Shown one piece after another: positions 1 through 9,777 of a stretch of DNA of 64,000 nt. The notes beneath the pieces were generated by a model. The model ran no database searches. It was not told the origin of the DNA and was given only the letters and a program-made list of their open reading frames with translations. The DNA is taken from the NCBI GenBank assembly GCA_017608405.1, contig JAFCFX010000001.1, positions 7,667-71,666 on the forward strand, given 5' to 3'. The DNA is from Candidatus Pacearchaeota archaeon (GTDB taxonomy: Archaea; Nanobdellota; Nanobdellia; Pacearchaeales; GW2011-AR1). Both the position numbers and the translations under genes were made by a program. How positions within the stretch are numbered: position 1 is the first letter of the stretch; each line of letters opens with the position of its first letter.

Positions 1-358
1 CTTTTCTTACTGCTCTAGAAACTTTTCTTCTTGTTATAAGGAAGGGTTTTATTCTTAATTGTGAATCTTTTGATTTTGTTGAAAAAGAATCTTCAACATA
101 ATTTGTTCCTTTTCTTATCATTCTTCTCAAATAATATGCCATTAATTTTAATTCTCTTGGAATGCTTGTCGCTTTGTCGTCTTTAACTTTTACTATTAAT
201 TGAATTAGCATCCCTTTACCTCTTAAAGATCTTGTTAAGTCATATTTGATTAATTTTGATTCTAGTTCTTTGATTTCATATGCTTGTAGTTGTGTTTGTC
301 TTCTGATTAGTGGCATTTCCACATCAAAAAATCTTTTTTTTCTTTTTGCCAACGCCAT
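1..358 (-). CDS. Ribosomal protein S3Ae (eS1)-like, 5'-partial in window (runs off the left edge)
   Basis: Minus-strand ORF starting at ATG (complement of 356-358) and continuing past position 1. Translation MALAKRKKRFFDVEMPLI... has the basic KRKK-then-aromatic-DV start typical of S3Ae. It lies directly after rpl44e on the same strand, a common pairing. The six-frame track misses it because it is truncated. Confidence 0.45.
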   Translation of the reverse strand, partial: MALAKRKKRFFDVEMPLIRRQTQLQAYEIKELESKLIKYDLTRSLRGKGMLIQLIVKVKDDKATSIPRELKLMAYYLRRMIRKGTNYVEDSFSTKSKDSQLRIKPFLITRRKVSRAVRK

Positions 359-360
359 TT

Positions 361-678
361 TTATTCTTGTAAGACTTTGCTTGCTCGTTTATTTCTTCTT
401 GAACTCCTGTATTTTGATTTTTTACATTCATTGCAAGTATACATTATGTTTGTCTTTTTTGTTGTTTTAGTTTTTCTTTTAAATTTAGATACAGCAGGTT
501 TAGATCCCCATTTCCCTTTGTTTCCTATTCCTGTTCCAAGTCCACGCTTTTTAGCTCTTGAAATACTCCCTCTTGTCAAGGTTCCTCTTTTTCCTCCTGT
601 TGATACTACTTTGATTTTTTGTTGTGTTTTTTTCTTACAATATGGACAATAACGCTTTGTTGTTTTAGGTATTTTCAT
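361..678 (-). CDS. rpl44e: Ribosomal protein L44e (eL42)
   Basis: 105 aa, very basic. N-terminal KRYCPYCKKKT and C-terminal YTCNECKKS form the C4 zinc-ribbon signature of eL42; the size fits. Confidence 0.8.
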   Translation of the reverse strand: MKIPKTTKRYCPYCKKKTQQKIKVVSTGGKRGTLTRGSISRAKKRGLGTGIGNKGKWGSKPAVSKFKRKTKTTKKTNIMYTCNECKKSKYRSSRRNKRASKVLQE

Positions 679-720
679 GGTAGAAACAGATTTTTTTGGT
701 TTTTAAAGCTTTTTAGGTGC

Positions 721-825
721 ATGGTCCTGCCAAGAATCGGGCTCTGAATAAATTCAGGCCTAGCACTCAAATAAATTTAAGCACTAAACTAAAGTTCGAT
801 TTTTATATGGTCCTGCCAAGAATCG
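721..825 (-). repeat. 19-nt direct repeat of the tRNA-Val 3' end (721-739 and 807-825) bracketing a 67-nt two-hairpin module
   Basis: ATGGTCCTGCCAAGAATCG occurs twice (plus-strand coordinates). The second copy is the T-loop 3' part, T-stem 3' strand, acceptor 3' strand and discriminator of tRNA-Val. Between the copies are hairpins CTTAAAT/ATTTGAG and GGCCTGAA..TTCAGAGCC, written in tRNA orientation. The G.U pair exists only on the minus strand, which argues for a minus-strand transcript. Confidence 0.6.
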
Positions 826-919
826 AACTTGGGTTTCATCGAATCTGAAGTTATACTCTAAAGTTTATGATACTCATAACCTAGTCAGCGATGTGTCTTA
901 GCCATTGGACTACAGGACC
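808..919 (-). tRNA. tRNA-Val (anticodon GAC) with an intron of about 40 nt near the canonical 37/38 site
   Basis: Minus strand reads GGTCCTG-TA-GTCC-AATGGCTAA-GAC-A-CATCG-CTGACTA. After a 40-nt insert come CGATG, a T arm (CCAAG-TTCGATT-CTTGG), acceptor 3' strand CAGGACC and discriminator A. Acceptor strands are perfectly complementary and U33 is present. Anticodon identity is moderately sure. Confidence 0.7.
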
Positions 920-980
920 TTTAAAACAATTCTTAGACATCTCCCGAAATATTTAAATATAATGTTTTGTATGGTTTGTT

Positions 981-1175
981 ATGAGAAGAGGAAATACACT
1001 TTGGTTCATAATCTACCTTGTTTTTGGAGTATATTTTATTAATTCTGCTTTGAATTTTTTCCCTATGTCAGAATCTTTTTTGATAGTAGATAAGTGGATA
1101 AGTTTGATTGGGGGGGTTTTAATTCTTGTTGGGGCATTTAATCTTTTAAGGTTAGGCAGAAGATATAGATATTAG
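981..1175 (+). CDS. Hypothetical small membrane protein (two predicted TM helices)
   Basis: 64-aa ORF with two hydrophobic stretches and no recognisable family. Support comes only from intergenic position and hydrophobicity. Confidence 0.25.
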   Translation: MRRGNTLWFIIYLVFGVYFINSALNFFPMSESFLIVDKWISLIGGVLILVGAFNLLRLGRRYRY

Positions 1176-1294
1176 ATCTTTATAAAAAACTTTATATATC
1201 CTTGTTATTTCTATATATTCATAAGATTTAACATATGGTTAGTAAGAGGTTATATCATATTATAACTAATAATAACCAACATAAGAGGGGTCAT

Positions 1295-1486
1295 ATGGAA
1301 TCTCATAATAATAAAAAGAGAATATTGGATTTTTTAAAACAACAGAGAATAATTACTTCTTCAGAACTTGCTGAAAATTTAAAGGTTTCTTGGAATACTG
1401 CAGATAAATATCTTTTAGAATTGACTTTAGATGGAAAGATTGAAAGAATTAAAAAAACCGGGGTAAACTTATGGTTATTAAAATAA
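1295..1486 (+). CDS. Small winged-helix (wHTH) DNA-binding protein, putative regulator of the downstream surface-protein operon
   Basis: Internal ATG at 1295 is preceded by AGAGGGG 5 nt upstream (SD-like); the annotated ORF starts at 1235. KRILDFLKQQRIITSSELAENLKVSWNTADKYLLELTLDGKIERIK is a typical HTH plus wing. It overlaps the next gene by 16 nt. Confidence 0.55.
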   Translation: MESHNNKKRILDFLKQQRIITSSELAENLKVSWNTADKYLLELTLDGKIERIKKTGVNLWLLK

Positions 1487-3303
1487 ATAAACAAGGACAG
1501 GTGACAGTCTTTATTATAATTGCAATTGTAATTGTTGCTGCAATTATTTTATTTTTCACACTTAGTAAACCAATAACTACTGATAAAATTCCTGCAAGCA
1601 TTGATCCTGTTTATACTACACTTTTGTCTTGTTTAGAAGAAGATACTTTGGTTGGAGTAAGTATCTTGCAAACTCAAGCAGGATATATTGATGTGCCTGA
1701 GTTTGAACCAGGTTCTTCATATATGCCTTTTTCATCTCAACTAGATTTTCTAGGAAATCCTGTGCCTTATTGGTATTATGTTTCAGGAAATAATATTCAG
1801 AAAGAACAAATTCCCTCTAAAGCAAATATGGAGCAGGAACTTGCTGATTTTGTCGAATCAGAAATAAATACCTGTATTTTTGATAAATATTATGAAGATG
1901 GTTTTGAAATAAGATTTGGAGAACCAGAAGCAAATGTAAAGATTAAGGATACTGAAATTGAGGTTGGATTGGATATGGATTTTAATGTCAATTTTGCAGA
2001 AGATAGTGCACGCGTTTCACAACACAATGTTGTAGTTGATTCAAGATTAGGTAAGCTTTATGATTCTGCTGTTGAAGTTTATGAAAAAGAACAGGAAGAA
2101 TTATTTTTAGAAGAATATGCTGTTGATACTTTGACACTCTATGCTCCTGTTGATGGTGTTGAGTTGAGTTGTTCTCCTGTGACCTGGGCAACAGAAGAAG
2201 TTTTTGATGAATTAGAAATAGCTATTGAGGCCAATACCCTTGCTTTAAAATCAAAAGGAAGTAATAAAGATTATTTTGTAGTTGATTTGGGGGTAGATGA
2301 AGATGTGAGGTTTATTAATTCAAGAAATTGGCCAAGAGGTTTTGAAGTTTCTCCTAGTGAAGGAAATATTTTGATTTCTTCTCCTGTGGGTAATCAAGCA
2401 GGATTGGGAATAATGGGCTTTTGTTATGTGCCATATCATTTTGTTTATAATGTGAGGTACCCTGTTCTAATTCAGATACAAGAGGGAGACGAGATTTTTC
2501 AATTTCCTGTTGCAATTGTTTTACAGGGTAATCAGCCAAGACAAGCTTTAGATGCGAGTGCTGTTGCTCTCGGAATCCCTGATTTATGTGAATATAAGAA
2601 CAATATTATGGAAATAGAAGTTTATGATACTAATGTCCGTCCTATTGATGCCCAAATTAGTTTTGAGTGTTCTGGAACAAAGTGTGATATTGGTGAAACA
2701 ACTTCTGGTTCTTTATCTGGAGAATTTCCACAGTGTGTTAATGGACAAGTTTTAGCAAGAGCAGAAGGATATGAAGATGGTAGAAAAGTGGTTTCTGAGA
2801 TAAATGGGGGAAGTGTAAGCTTGTTTTTAGAAAGGCTATATGATGTGGAGATTGAGTTAGAATTAGATGGAAGCGCTTATGGAAAAGACGCAATAATTAG
2901 TTTTATTTCTGAAGGCAAAGCAAGAACAATTGTTTATCCAGAGCAAACACAGGTTGAGTTGAGTGAAGGAGATTATGAAGTGCAGGTTCATATTTATGAT
3001 AGTTCTTCACTGAGAATTGATAAATCTGTTTCAAAGCAATGTGTTGAAGTTCCTAGGTCAGGACTTGGAGGCTTATTTGGATTAACAAAAGAAGAATGTT
3101 TTGAAGTAGAAATACCTGCCCAAGTTATTTCAAATGCATTAGCTGGAGGAGGAAAACAAGGTTATTACTTTGTGCAGTCTGAATTAAATTCAAGAGCAAT
3201 TGTAATTAATGCAGAAAGTTTGCCAGCTCCAAATTCTCTTGAACAATTGCAAGATAATTATTTATTATTTGAAGATAAATCTTTGGAGATTTCTTTTAAA
3301 TGA
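1471..3303 (+). CDS. Membrane-anchored extracellular protein (N-terminal TM, 610 aa), unknown function
   Basis: N-terminal hydrophobic helix (VTVFIIIAIVIVAAIILFF) is followed by about 570 aa of hydrophilic, Cys-containing sequence. Its stop overlaps the start of the giant downstream gene (ATGA). Confidence 0.6.
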   Translation: MVIKINKQGQVTVFIIIAIVIVAAIILFFTLSKPITTDKIPASIDPVYTTLLSCLEEDTLVGVSILQTQAGYIDVPEFEPGSSYMPFSSQLDFLGNPVPYWYYVSGNNIQKEQIPSKANMEQELADFVESEINTCIFDKYYEDGFEIRFGEPEANVKIKDTEIEVGLDMDFNVNFAEDSARVSQHNVVVDSRLGKLYDSAVEVYEKEQEELFLEEYAVDTLTLYAPVDGVELSCSPVTWATEEVFDELEIAIEANTLALKSKGSNKDYFVVDLGVDEDVRFINSRNWPRGFEVSPSEGNILISSPVGNQAGLGIMGFCYVPYHFVYNVRYPVLIQIQEGDEIFQFPVAIVLQGNQPRQALDASAVALGIPDLCEYKNNIMEIEVYDTNVRPIDAQISFECSGTKCDIGETTSGSLSGEFPQCVNGQVLARAEGYEDGRKVVSEINGGSVSLFLERLYDVEIELELDGSAYGKDAIISFISEGKARTIVYPEQTQVELSEGDYEVQVHIYDSSSLRIDKSVSKQCVEVPRSGLGGLFGLTKEECFEVEIPAQVISNALAGGGKQGYYFVQSELNSRAIVINAESLPAPNSLEQLQDNYLLFEDKSLEISFK

Positions 3304-6300
3304 AAATGAAAAAACAACTTATATTTGCAATGGTTTTGATAGTGGGGATTTTATTATTATCTTTTGTTTCTGCTTCAGCTTCACGTTCTATTTCTCAATA
3401 TATTTCTCCTGGCTTGTCTTCTGGTTTTTTTGGCCAAGCTTATGCTCCTATTGACAGGTCAATGTGTGAAGCAGGACAAGATTTTATTGTTCAAATTGCT
3501 CCGGGGGGGTGTACTCCTCCTGTGATTAGACAAGATTTATTAGAAGAACGAGATGTACCTATTACTTGTCAATTAGCTGCAACAAAAATTAATCCTTTGA
3601 TAGATGTTGAAGCAATTGATTATATTAGTTTTGGAACAAAATTTCCAAGAGGAGTTAAAGCAATGAATTTTTACCCTGCACAAGCTGCTTTAGGGGAAAT
3701 GAGAACTAGGTTAAATTCTCCTATTTTAAATAATATTGGTTATGTTGTGATAGTTTTAGAAAGACAACAAAATGCTTCTAAATTGCCTAATTGCGGACTT
3801 GATCCTATTACAAAAACAGAAGTATGCTGGGTTGAAGGCAATTTAACAGCAAATATTAGATATGATATTAAAAATGCTTTTGGTATTGGTCCAGTAAATT
3901 TCTATCTTCCTGAAATGAGTGATTCAGATTGGGAAGATCAGCATACGCAGTATAGTTTTTGGAATGGTAAAGGTTATTTAAGGGCAGAAGCAATTCAAGA
4001 GGATAGGGCTACAATTTCTCTTTATGATGGAGTTAGGGAAATTGATAGTGTTAGATTAGAAGAAGGACACACTTCTGAAAAAATCTATTTACCTGGATTT
4101 GATTGTTTGACTGCTTTAGAATTAGAATTAAAAGGTTTAGAAAATCCTGGAACAAGAGCTAGATTAGATATTAATGGCGAAGTTGTTGAGGTGGGAGATG
4201 GAGAGAGATTTTTAGAAAATAGGTGTAAGGTCACAGATCTTGAAGTCTTAGGACTTGTACAGACTGTTGAAGGCTATTGTGAAAGAGATAATGGCAAAAA
4301 AGAAGATTTTGTTTTTCCGATTAGTCCTAAAATTAAATTAAAAATTGGAAGTGGAGAGCCAAAAGAATACAGTGTTGGAGATTGGTTATATTCTTCAGGA
4401 GAGACTGCGGTTTATCTTGGTTATGCTGGGACTAGGGGCGACACAAGCAGAGAAGAAGATTTATATGTTTATCTTTTTTCAATACCAGAACATGAGAAAG
4501 AGGGTTTGGGTCATGATAAGTTAAAAGTTATTTCTGATGTTGTTTATAATATTGAATATAAAGATGTTACTGGTAATGCACTTACAAATTTTGTAGCTAA
4601 TATGGGTAAATTTTATATGGGAGTTACTCAACAATTTATGGCATATGTTACTAAAGGAGATAATTATGCTAGGATTGGTTATGGGCAAGATGAAAAGATT
4701 GGTGGGCAAGATGTGTTGGTTGTTGGTTTGGCTGGAGCAGAAGATAGAAGCTTTAATGAGCAGAATCTAGATTTTAGAGAATACTATACTAAAGCAATGC
4801 AAGATTATGATACTGTAATAAATAGTTTTGGAACAGAAGAATATTCTGAAGAAGAAATCGGTTTTGCAGAAAAAGCTTTGTTTGAGAAAATAGCATTTGC
4901 AAGTTCTACTCAGCAAAAAAGAGTAATGTTAGATTTTTGTGATGAATTTAATGAGCTATATCCTGATTCTAGATATGCAGAAAAAATAAAATCATATTGT
5001 GATAATGCTTTAAAGCTCGCAAGTCCTGAAGAACCAAGTGAAGATTTTTTAATTAATGGGAGAATGAAAACAATTTCTTTTGAAGGGATTTATGAACCTG
5101 ATGAAGAAGAATATAGTGCAGATATTAGAATTCAAGGTCCTAATGGGCAATCCCGGGTTTTTACATTTAGGCATAATGAACAAATTTATCTTGATTTATT
5201 TAGAGATAATGGAACACAGCATACAGGAGAGTTTATTCAGTTAATTGATTTAGATCTTGATTCAGCAGAGGTGCAGACGTCTTTTGTTTCTAATAAAAAT
5301 ACTGCTGGAAAGATTAGTGATTTTTTCTTTGCATCTAGTAAAAAAACATTAGAAAAAGGAGTTGTTCAGAGTATTGGGAGTGATTATGTTTTGACTCTGG
5401 AAAAAGTTAGGTTGAAAAAACAAGCATTTGTAAGGGTAAGGCCTGCAATTGATGATGCAGGCACAGAAGCTGATTTTAGATTTAAAATTGGAATAGAGAC
5501 TCGACTAATAAAATTATCTCCTGAAAAGACTAAAGAAAAAATAGAAAAAATAGAAAAAAGACTTGAAAAATGGGAGAAAATTTCTAGTACTCTTAACAAA
5601 GTTGTGAAGACTCTTAATACTGCTTGTTATGCAACTCAATTAGCTTTGACTTTAAAGAATCTTGTTACAGAAGGGATATTAAAGAGTGGAAAATCAATTG
5701 CAAGGCAAGAAGTTATGAGGTTAGAAGAGGGGTGGAATGATGAGTGTGGAAATTTAACAGGACCAGATAAACAATATAAAACAAACAGTGCCTGTTTACT
5801 CGGCGAGGCAAAAAAGATTAATGGTGATGTTGATGAACGTTTTGATGCTATGAAGAGTACTGAAGAGTATTTTAAGACAATGCAAGATGACCCTGAAATA
5901 AAAATAAAAGATTCTCTTTTTGGAGATACTGTTTATGATTCTGAAAAGCTTAAGAAAAAATTATTAGATAATAAATATGAAGAACAATTAACAGATGAAA
6001 TTAATTTTGATTCTGTTGAGATTAAGGGGGAGCAAATTCTTGTTTCAGATATTTTGAAAGGATTAAATTCTAGTTCAACTTCAATAGAGCAAATGAGGGA
6101 CATGAGGATGAATGCTGATCTTTTAGATTCAGATAGTGATGTTTTAAGAAGAATGAGTAAGGCACAATTAGAAAAAGATCTTGTAGAGATTTATCAAAAT
6201 ACTAATAAAGAAATAGAATATAAGAGTGTGCTTAATGATTTGCGTGGGAAAGAGGGGCTTAGTAATATTGATATTGCAGTGGCGAGAAGTGGAGATGTTG

Positions 6301-9300
6301 AAGAAATAATTTATGAGGGAGGAATTAAAGGTACAGGAGGTTTTGGAGATATGCCTGATGGTTCTCAAATAATGGGTCTTCAATTTGGAGGAACATGGTA
6401 TATTGTAGAGTTACAGACTATTAAAGTAAATGAATATTCTGTACTTAATGTTTACAGTTCTCAGACTGGGAAGAAAGAGGGAGATTCAGAGGATTTAGCT
6501 AAAGAGATGAATAAAAAATTTGCTTTTAGATCTTATGATTCATCTGCATATGAAAATCCTTATCTATCTTCTTCAGGAAAAACTTATCCTGTTGTAAGAT
6601 ATTTTGAAACAGAACCATATAAAGGATATCCTGCAATTGTTCCTTTTGATTTGAAAAAAGGATGGTATGCTCGTCTTACACAGACTATGCCTGTTTTTGG
6701 TAATCTTGCTCCTGTTGATGCATCTGGGAGGCCTACTAGTTTTTCTGTGTGTAATGTTTGGGAAGATGGGAAAGAAAATAATGGGAGGCCTGATGATAAA
6801 TGTACTTTGATTAATACAAATACAGGACAACCCTATGATCAAGTTTCTGGGCTTTCAAAAACCGAAGCAGAGAAATTGGTTCATGATGCTAGTGAAGCGA
6901 TTAAACAAGCTAGGAGCCAATACCCTGCAAAAGGTAGAATTGAAATTAATATTGGAGGAAGAGATAAATTTTATGTAAAAGTGGGTGAGCCTGCTGTTGA
7001 TGTTCCTGATTTGCAGTGTGAGGAGGTTATGTCTCCAAAAGAGTGTAATGTATTGTTTAATGTTTGTGATCCTGTTATTTGTCCTTCCAGTAGATGTAAT
7101 CTTGGAGGCAACTACCATGTTCAAGATGTTATTCAATCTGGAATAGTGGGTAGTGTTGCTTTATGTTTTCCTAATTGGGTTGTGCTTGGAGGAGATGTTT
7201 ATGTGCCTGTTTGTTTATCTGGAATTAATGCTGGAGTCAAAGCATGGATTACTGTTGAAAAATCACATAGAGATTGTTTGCAAGATAGTTTAGCAACAGG
7301 AGAAATGACTGGAATTTGTGATCAGGTTTATAGTATACACACATGTGAGTTTTTTTGGAAGCATGGAATTCCCTTAGCAAATTTGCTTATTCCTAAAGCT
7401 TTAGAATTAGCTACAGGACAAAAAGCTAAGGGAGGAGGAGAATATATGGGGATTTCACATGCTTGGGAAAATGCAGGAAAGTCATTTGATTATTTTACAC
7501 AATATTATGCTAAAAACTCATTTAAAGCATTTAAAGAAAGATCAACAGAAGAAGTGGGAGGAGAGTTTTGTAAGGTTGCTGTTTCAGGTGTTTATCCTTT
7601 TATGGGGGGAGATGCGTTTGATGCTTTGACAGATCCTAATACACCTTATATTTCTTATGCACGATTTGAAGAGATACCCCACACAACAGCCACAGTTCCT
7701 GCAATGTCCCAGTATAAAGTGTTTTATCATATTTATGCAGGTGAAAATTCTAGAGCTTATTATAAGGTTTATTTAAAGGGGGGAGCTGAAACCTCATTTT
7801 ATGAAGATTTAGGCATGGTTGTTGTTGCTGAAGGATATATTGATAAGGGAGATTATGCTACAGGTAGTCGTGATATTCTAGGGATTTCTGGGTATAAACA
7901 ATTATGTACCATGGTAAATGGAGATGAAAAATGTGGGTTTAAACAGGTTTCAACAGATTTTGCAGTTAATTATGTAACAGAATTATATATGAAAGAACAA
8001 ACAAGTAAAACAGATATTAAATCAGCAAAAGAATGTTATGCAGGAACTCCGAGTGCATATAGTTTAGCAAATCCTCTTAATTTGGCAGGTTTTGGAGGCC
8101 AAACAGTGGAGAATGTAAATGAAATAACAAATCCTGCAATTTATGATAGAGGGGTTATTAGGATTTGTTCTTCTGGAAATCCAGGAAAAGGAGATGACAT
8201 TTTTTGGAATGATCCAAATCAATCTAGATGGAAACCAGTTGGGGTTTGTGATGAGACTATGGATTGTTGGTTAGATACAGAAAGTGTTGAAAGAGTAATA
8301 AAAGCTACAGATTTAAAAGAAGATGTTTTGAAAAATCAAAATGAAAATTATCAACAGATTTTAGAAAATAGTGGTAATTATTTGAGTGAAACTGAATTTC
8401 AAGAAAAAATTAGTGAGATTAAAAAACAAGAAGATCCAAGCAATCAATTAAGCATGATAACACAAATTTTTGACAATGTTTTTAAGAATAATGATAAAGC
8501 TTATTTATATTATTTAAGGGGTGTTGCTTATGCTGCTTTGGCTCTTCAAAAATATGTAGTGAGTGTTCCTGAAAAAATTTTAGGAAAAGATAATGCTACA
8601 ACAGATTATTTAGAAGAAGTAAAAGTAATAGGAGAAAGAAATCCAAAATATCCTCTCTTTGAATTTCAAGATGGTAGAACAAAAGAGAATTTTTATTTTC
8701 AATATTCTGGAAGTGAATGGTGGTGGTCTCGTGTTAGAGACCATGAAGAATCTTGGTTTCCTGTGACTCTTGTCGAAGACCCTGGATTTACAGCTTTTTT
8801 AGATGAGAGGGGGATAAAATTACCTCCTAATCATGATCGAGAACAAATAGCAAAATTACAAGGTAAAGATTATGTTGGGGGGTTAAAAGAGTTGATTGCA
8901 CGGACAATTAGAAATGATGAACCAAAAGGGGTAATAGATTATGTTAATGTAGTTGGTATTGGGGGAGGAGCAACACTAGATACAGAAACTGTGAAGATGT
9001 CTTCTACTAAAATGTTTTATCTTGAGCAAGAAGAGATGCAAACCCCAACTGGTAAATATAAAGAGGTTTTAATTGATATTGTTGATTCAAGGTGGGCCTG
9101 GTCATTTGATATGGAAAATTGGGACTGGTCTTCTCCAACAGATACAAATAAAGTAAGTTCTGATATTATCTTATTATTTGAAATTTTAGAAAGAGATAAT
9201 CCTGTTTTTCTTGATGGTGCTAATCTTATATTTAGTATTGATGCTGAAACTCCTGTTATGGGGGAAGTGGAGGTTATTGGTAATGGGCAAGATATAACAG

Positions 9301-9734
9301 GGGATAAAATTTGGGAAAAAGCTAGTAAAATGGTTACTGATAAACATAATTCTCAAAGAGGAGAATATTTTGATAATGTTTGTGCAAGATTTGTTACAGA
9401 AGTTTTAACTGCTGCAAGGATAGGGGGTTTTGAAGCTCCTTCAGATGAAGATTTTTGCCCTTTAGATAGTGTTAATACTCTAGTAAATGAGTTAGAGAAA
9501 AGAGATGATTTTATTGAAATTCAAGATCCAACATCTTTTGAAAAAGGAGATGTTGTGGCATTTAAATGGTCTGTAGGGGGACAGCATATGACTATCTTTA
9601 ATCAATATGATTCAAGTAATATAAAACACTTATATGTTTTTGGAGAAGGTGGTGAAGATGATCCTGCAATTTTACAAGATTATGTATTAGGACCAGAGGC
9701 GAGTATTCTTGGGGCTTATAGATATGTTGGATAA
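3300..9734 (+). CDS. Giant secreted protein (2144 aa) with Cys-rich regions, coiled-coil segments and a C-terminal NlpC/P60-CHAP-like papain-fold hydrolase domain
   Basis: Uninterrupted 6.4-kb ORF. Signal peptide MKMKKQLIFAMVLIVGILLLSFVSASAS. The middle has coiled-coil (KEKIEKIEKRLEKWEK) and Cys-rich blocks (CDPVICPSSRCNLGG...). The last 150 aa or so contain a catalytic-type Cys (FDNVCARFVTEV) followed about 67 aa later by GDVVAFKWSVGGQHMTIF, the G-D-hydrophobic ... H-hydrophobic His motif of NlpC/P60-CHAP amidases and peptidases. Confidence 0.75.
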   Translation: MKMKKQLIFAMVLIVGILLLSFVSASASRSISQYISPGLSSGFFGQAYAPIDRSMCEAGQDFIVQIAPGGCTPPVIRQDLLEERDVPITCQLAATKINPLIDVEAIDYISFGTKFPRGVKAMNFYPAQAALGEMRTRLNSPILNNIGYVVIVLERQQNASKLPNCGLDPITKTEVCWVEGNLTANIRYDIKNAFGIGPVNFYLPEMSDSDWEDQHTQYSFWNGKGYLRAEAIQEDRATISLYDGVREIDSVRLEEGHTSEKIYLPGFDCLTALELELKGLENPGTRARLDINGEVVEVGDGERFLENRCKVTDLEVLGLVQTVEGYCERDNGKKEDFVFPISPKIKLKIGSGEPKEYSVGDWLYSSGETAVYLGYAGTRGDTSREEDLYVYLFSIPEHEKEGLGHDKLKVISDVVYNIEYKDVTGNALTNFVANMGKFYMGVTQQFMAYVTKGDNYARIGYGQDEKIGGQDVLVVGLAGAEDRSFNEQNLDFREYYTKAMQDYDTVINSFGTEEYSEEEIGFAEKALFEKIAFASSTQQKRVMLDFCDEFNELYPDSRYAEKIKSYCDNALKLASPEEPSEDFLINGRMKTISFEGIYEPDEEEYSADIRIQGPNGQSRVFTFRHNEQIYLDLFRDNGTQHTGEFIQLIDLDLDSAEVQTSFVSNKNTAGKISDFFFASSKKTLEKGVVQSIGSDYVLTLEKVRLKKQAFVRVRPAIDDAGTEADFRFKIGIETRLIKLSPEKTKEKIEKIEKRLEKWEKISSTLNKVVKTLNTACYATQLALTLKNLVTEGILKSGKSIARQEVMRLEEGWNDECGNLTGPDKQYKTNSACLLGEAKKINGDVDERFDAMKSTEEYFKTMQDDPEIKIKDSLFGDTVYDSEKLKKKLLDNKYEEQLTDEINFDSVEIKGEQILVSDILKGLNSSSTSIEQMRDMRMNADLLDSDSDVLRRMSKAQLEKDLVEIYQNTNKEIEYKSVLNDLRGKEGLSNIDIAVARSGDVEEIIYEGGIKGTGGFGDMPDGSQIMGLQFGGTWYIVELQTIKVNEYSVLNVYSSQTGKKEGDSEDLAKEMNKKFAFRSYDSSAYENPYLSSSGKTYPVVRYFETEPYKGYPAIVPFDLKKGWYARLTQTMPVFGNLAPVDASGRPTSFSVCNVWEDGKENNGRPDDKCTLINTNTGQPYDQVSGLSKTEAEKLVHDASEAIKQARSQYPAKGRIEINIGGRDKFYVKVGEPAVDVPDLQCEEVMSPKECNVLFNVCDPVICPSSRCNLGGNYHVQDVIQSGIVGSVALCFPNWVVLGGDVYVPVCLSGINAGVKAWITVEKSHRDCLQDSLATGEMTGICDQVYSIHTCEFFWKHGIPLANLLIPKALELATGQKAKGGGEYMGISHAWENAGKSFDYFTQYYAKNSFKAFKERSTEEVGGEFCKVAVSGVYPFMGGDAFDALTDPNTPYISYARFEEIPHTTATVPAMSQYKVFYHIYAGENSRAYYKVYLKGGAETSFYEDLGMVVVAEGYIDKGDYATGSRDILGISGYKQLCTMVNGDEKCGFKQVSTDFAVNYVTELYMKEQTSKTDIKSAKECYAGTPSAYSLANPLNLAGFGGQTVENVNEITNPAIYDRGVIRICSSGNPGKGDDIFWNDPNQSRWKPVGVCDETMDCWLDTESVERVIKATDLKEDVLKNQNENYQQILENSGNYLSETEFQEKISEIKKQEDPSNQLSMITQIFDNVFKNNDKAYLYYLRGVAYAALALQKYVVSVPEKILGKDNATTDYLEEVKVIGERNPKYPLFEFQDGRTKENFYFQYSGSEWWWSRVRDHEESWFPVTLVEDPGFTAFLDERGIKLPPNHDREQIAKLQGKDYVGGLKELIARTIRNDEPKGVIDYVNVVGIGGGATLDTETVKMSSTKMFYLEQEEMQTPTGKYKEVLIDIVDSRWAWSFDMENWDWSSPTDTNKVSSDIILLFEILERDNPVFLDGANLIFSIDAETPVMGEVEVIGNGQDITGDKIWEKASKMVTDKHNSQRGEYFDNVCARFVTEVLTAARIGGFEAPSDEDFCPLDSVNTLVNELEKRDDFIEIQDPTSFEKGDVVAFKWSVGGQHMTIFNQYDSSNIKHLYVFGEGGEDDPAILQDYVLGPEASILGAYRYVG

Positions 9735-9777
9735 GGTTTCTAAAGCTTTTTATATTGTTAATTGATCATAATTTTAA

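Noticed and set aside
246-652. Plus-strand ORFs 246-470 and 377-652
   Set aside because: They are antisense to the S3Ae-like and rpl44e genes; the translations are poly-Leu/Phe low complexity.
721-825. Interpretation of the 19-nt tRNA 3'-end duplication as attL/attR of a large integrated element
   Set aside because: Only 67 nt separate the copies, and no integrase or cargo is present. It is retained only as one hypothesis, a miniature element remnant, within the module finding.
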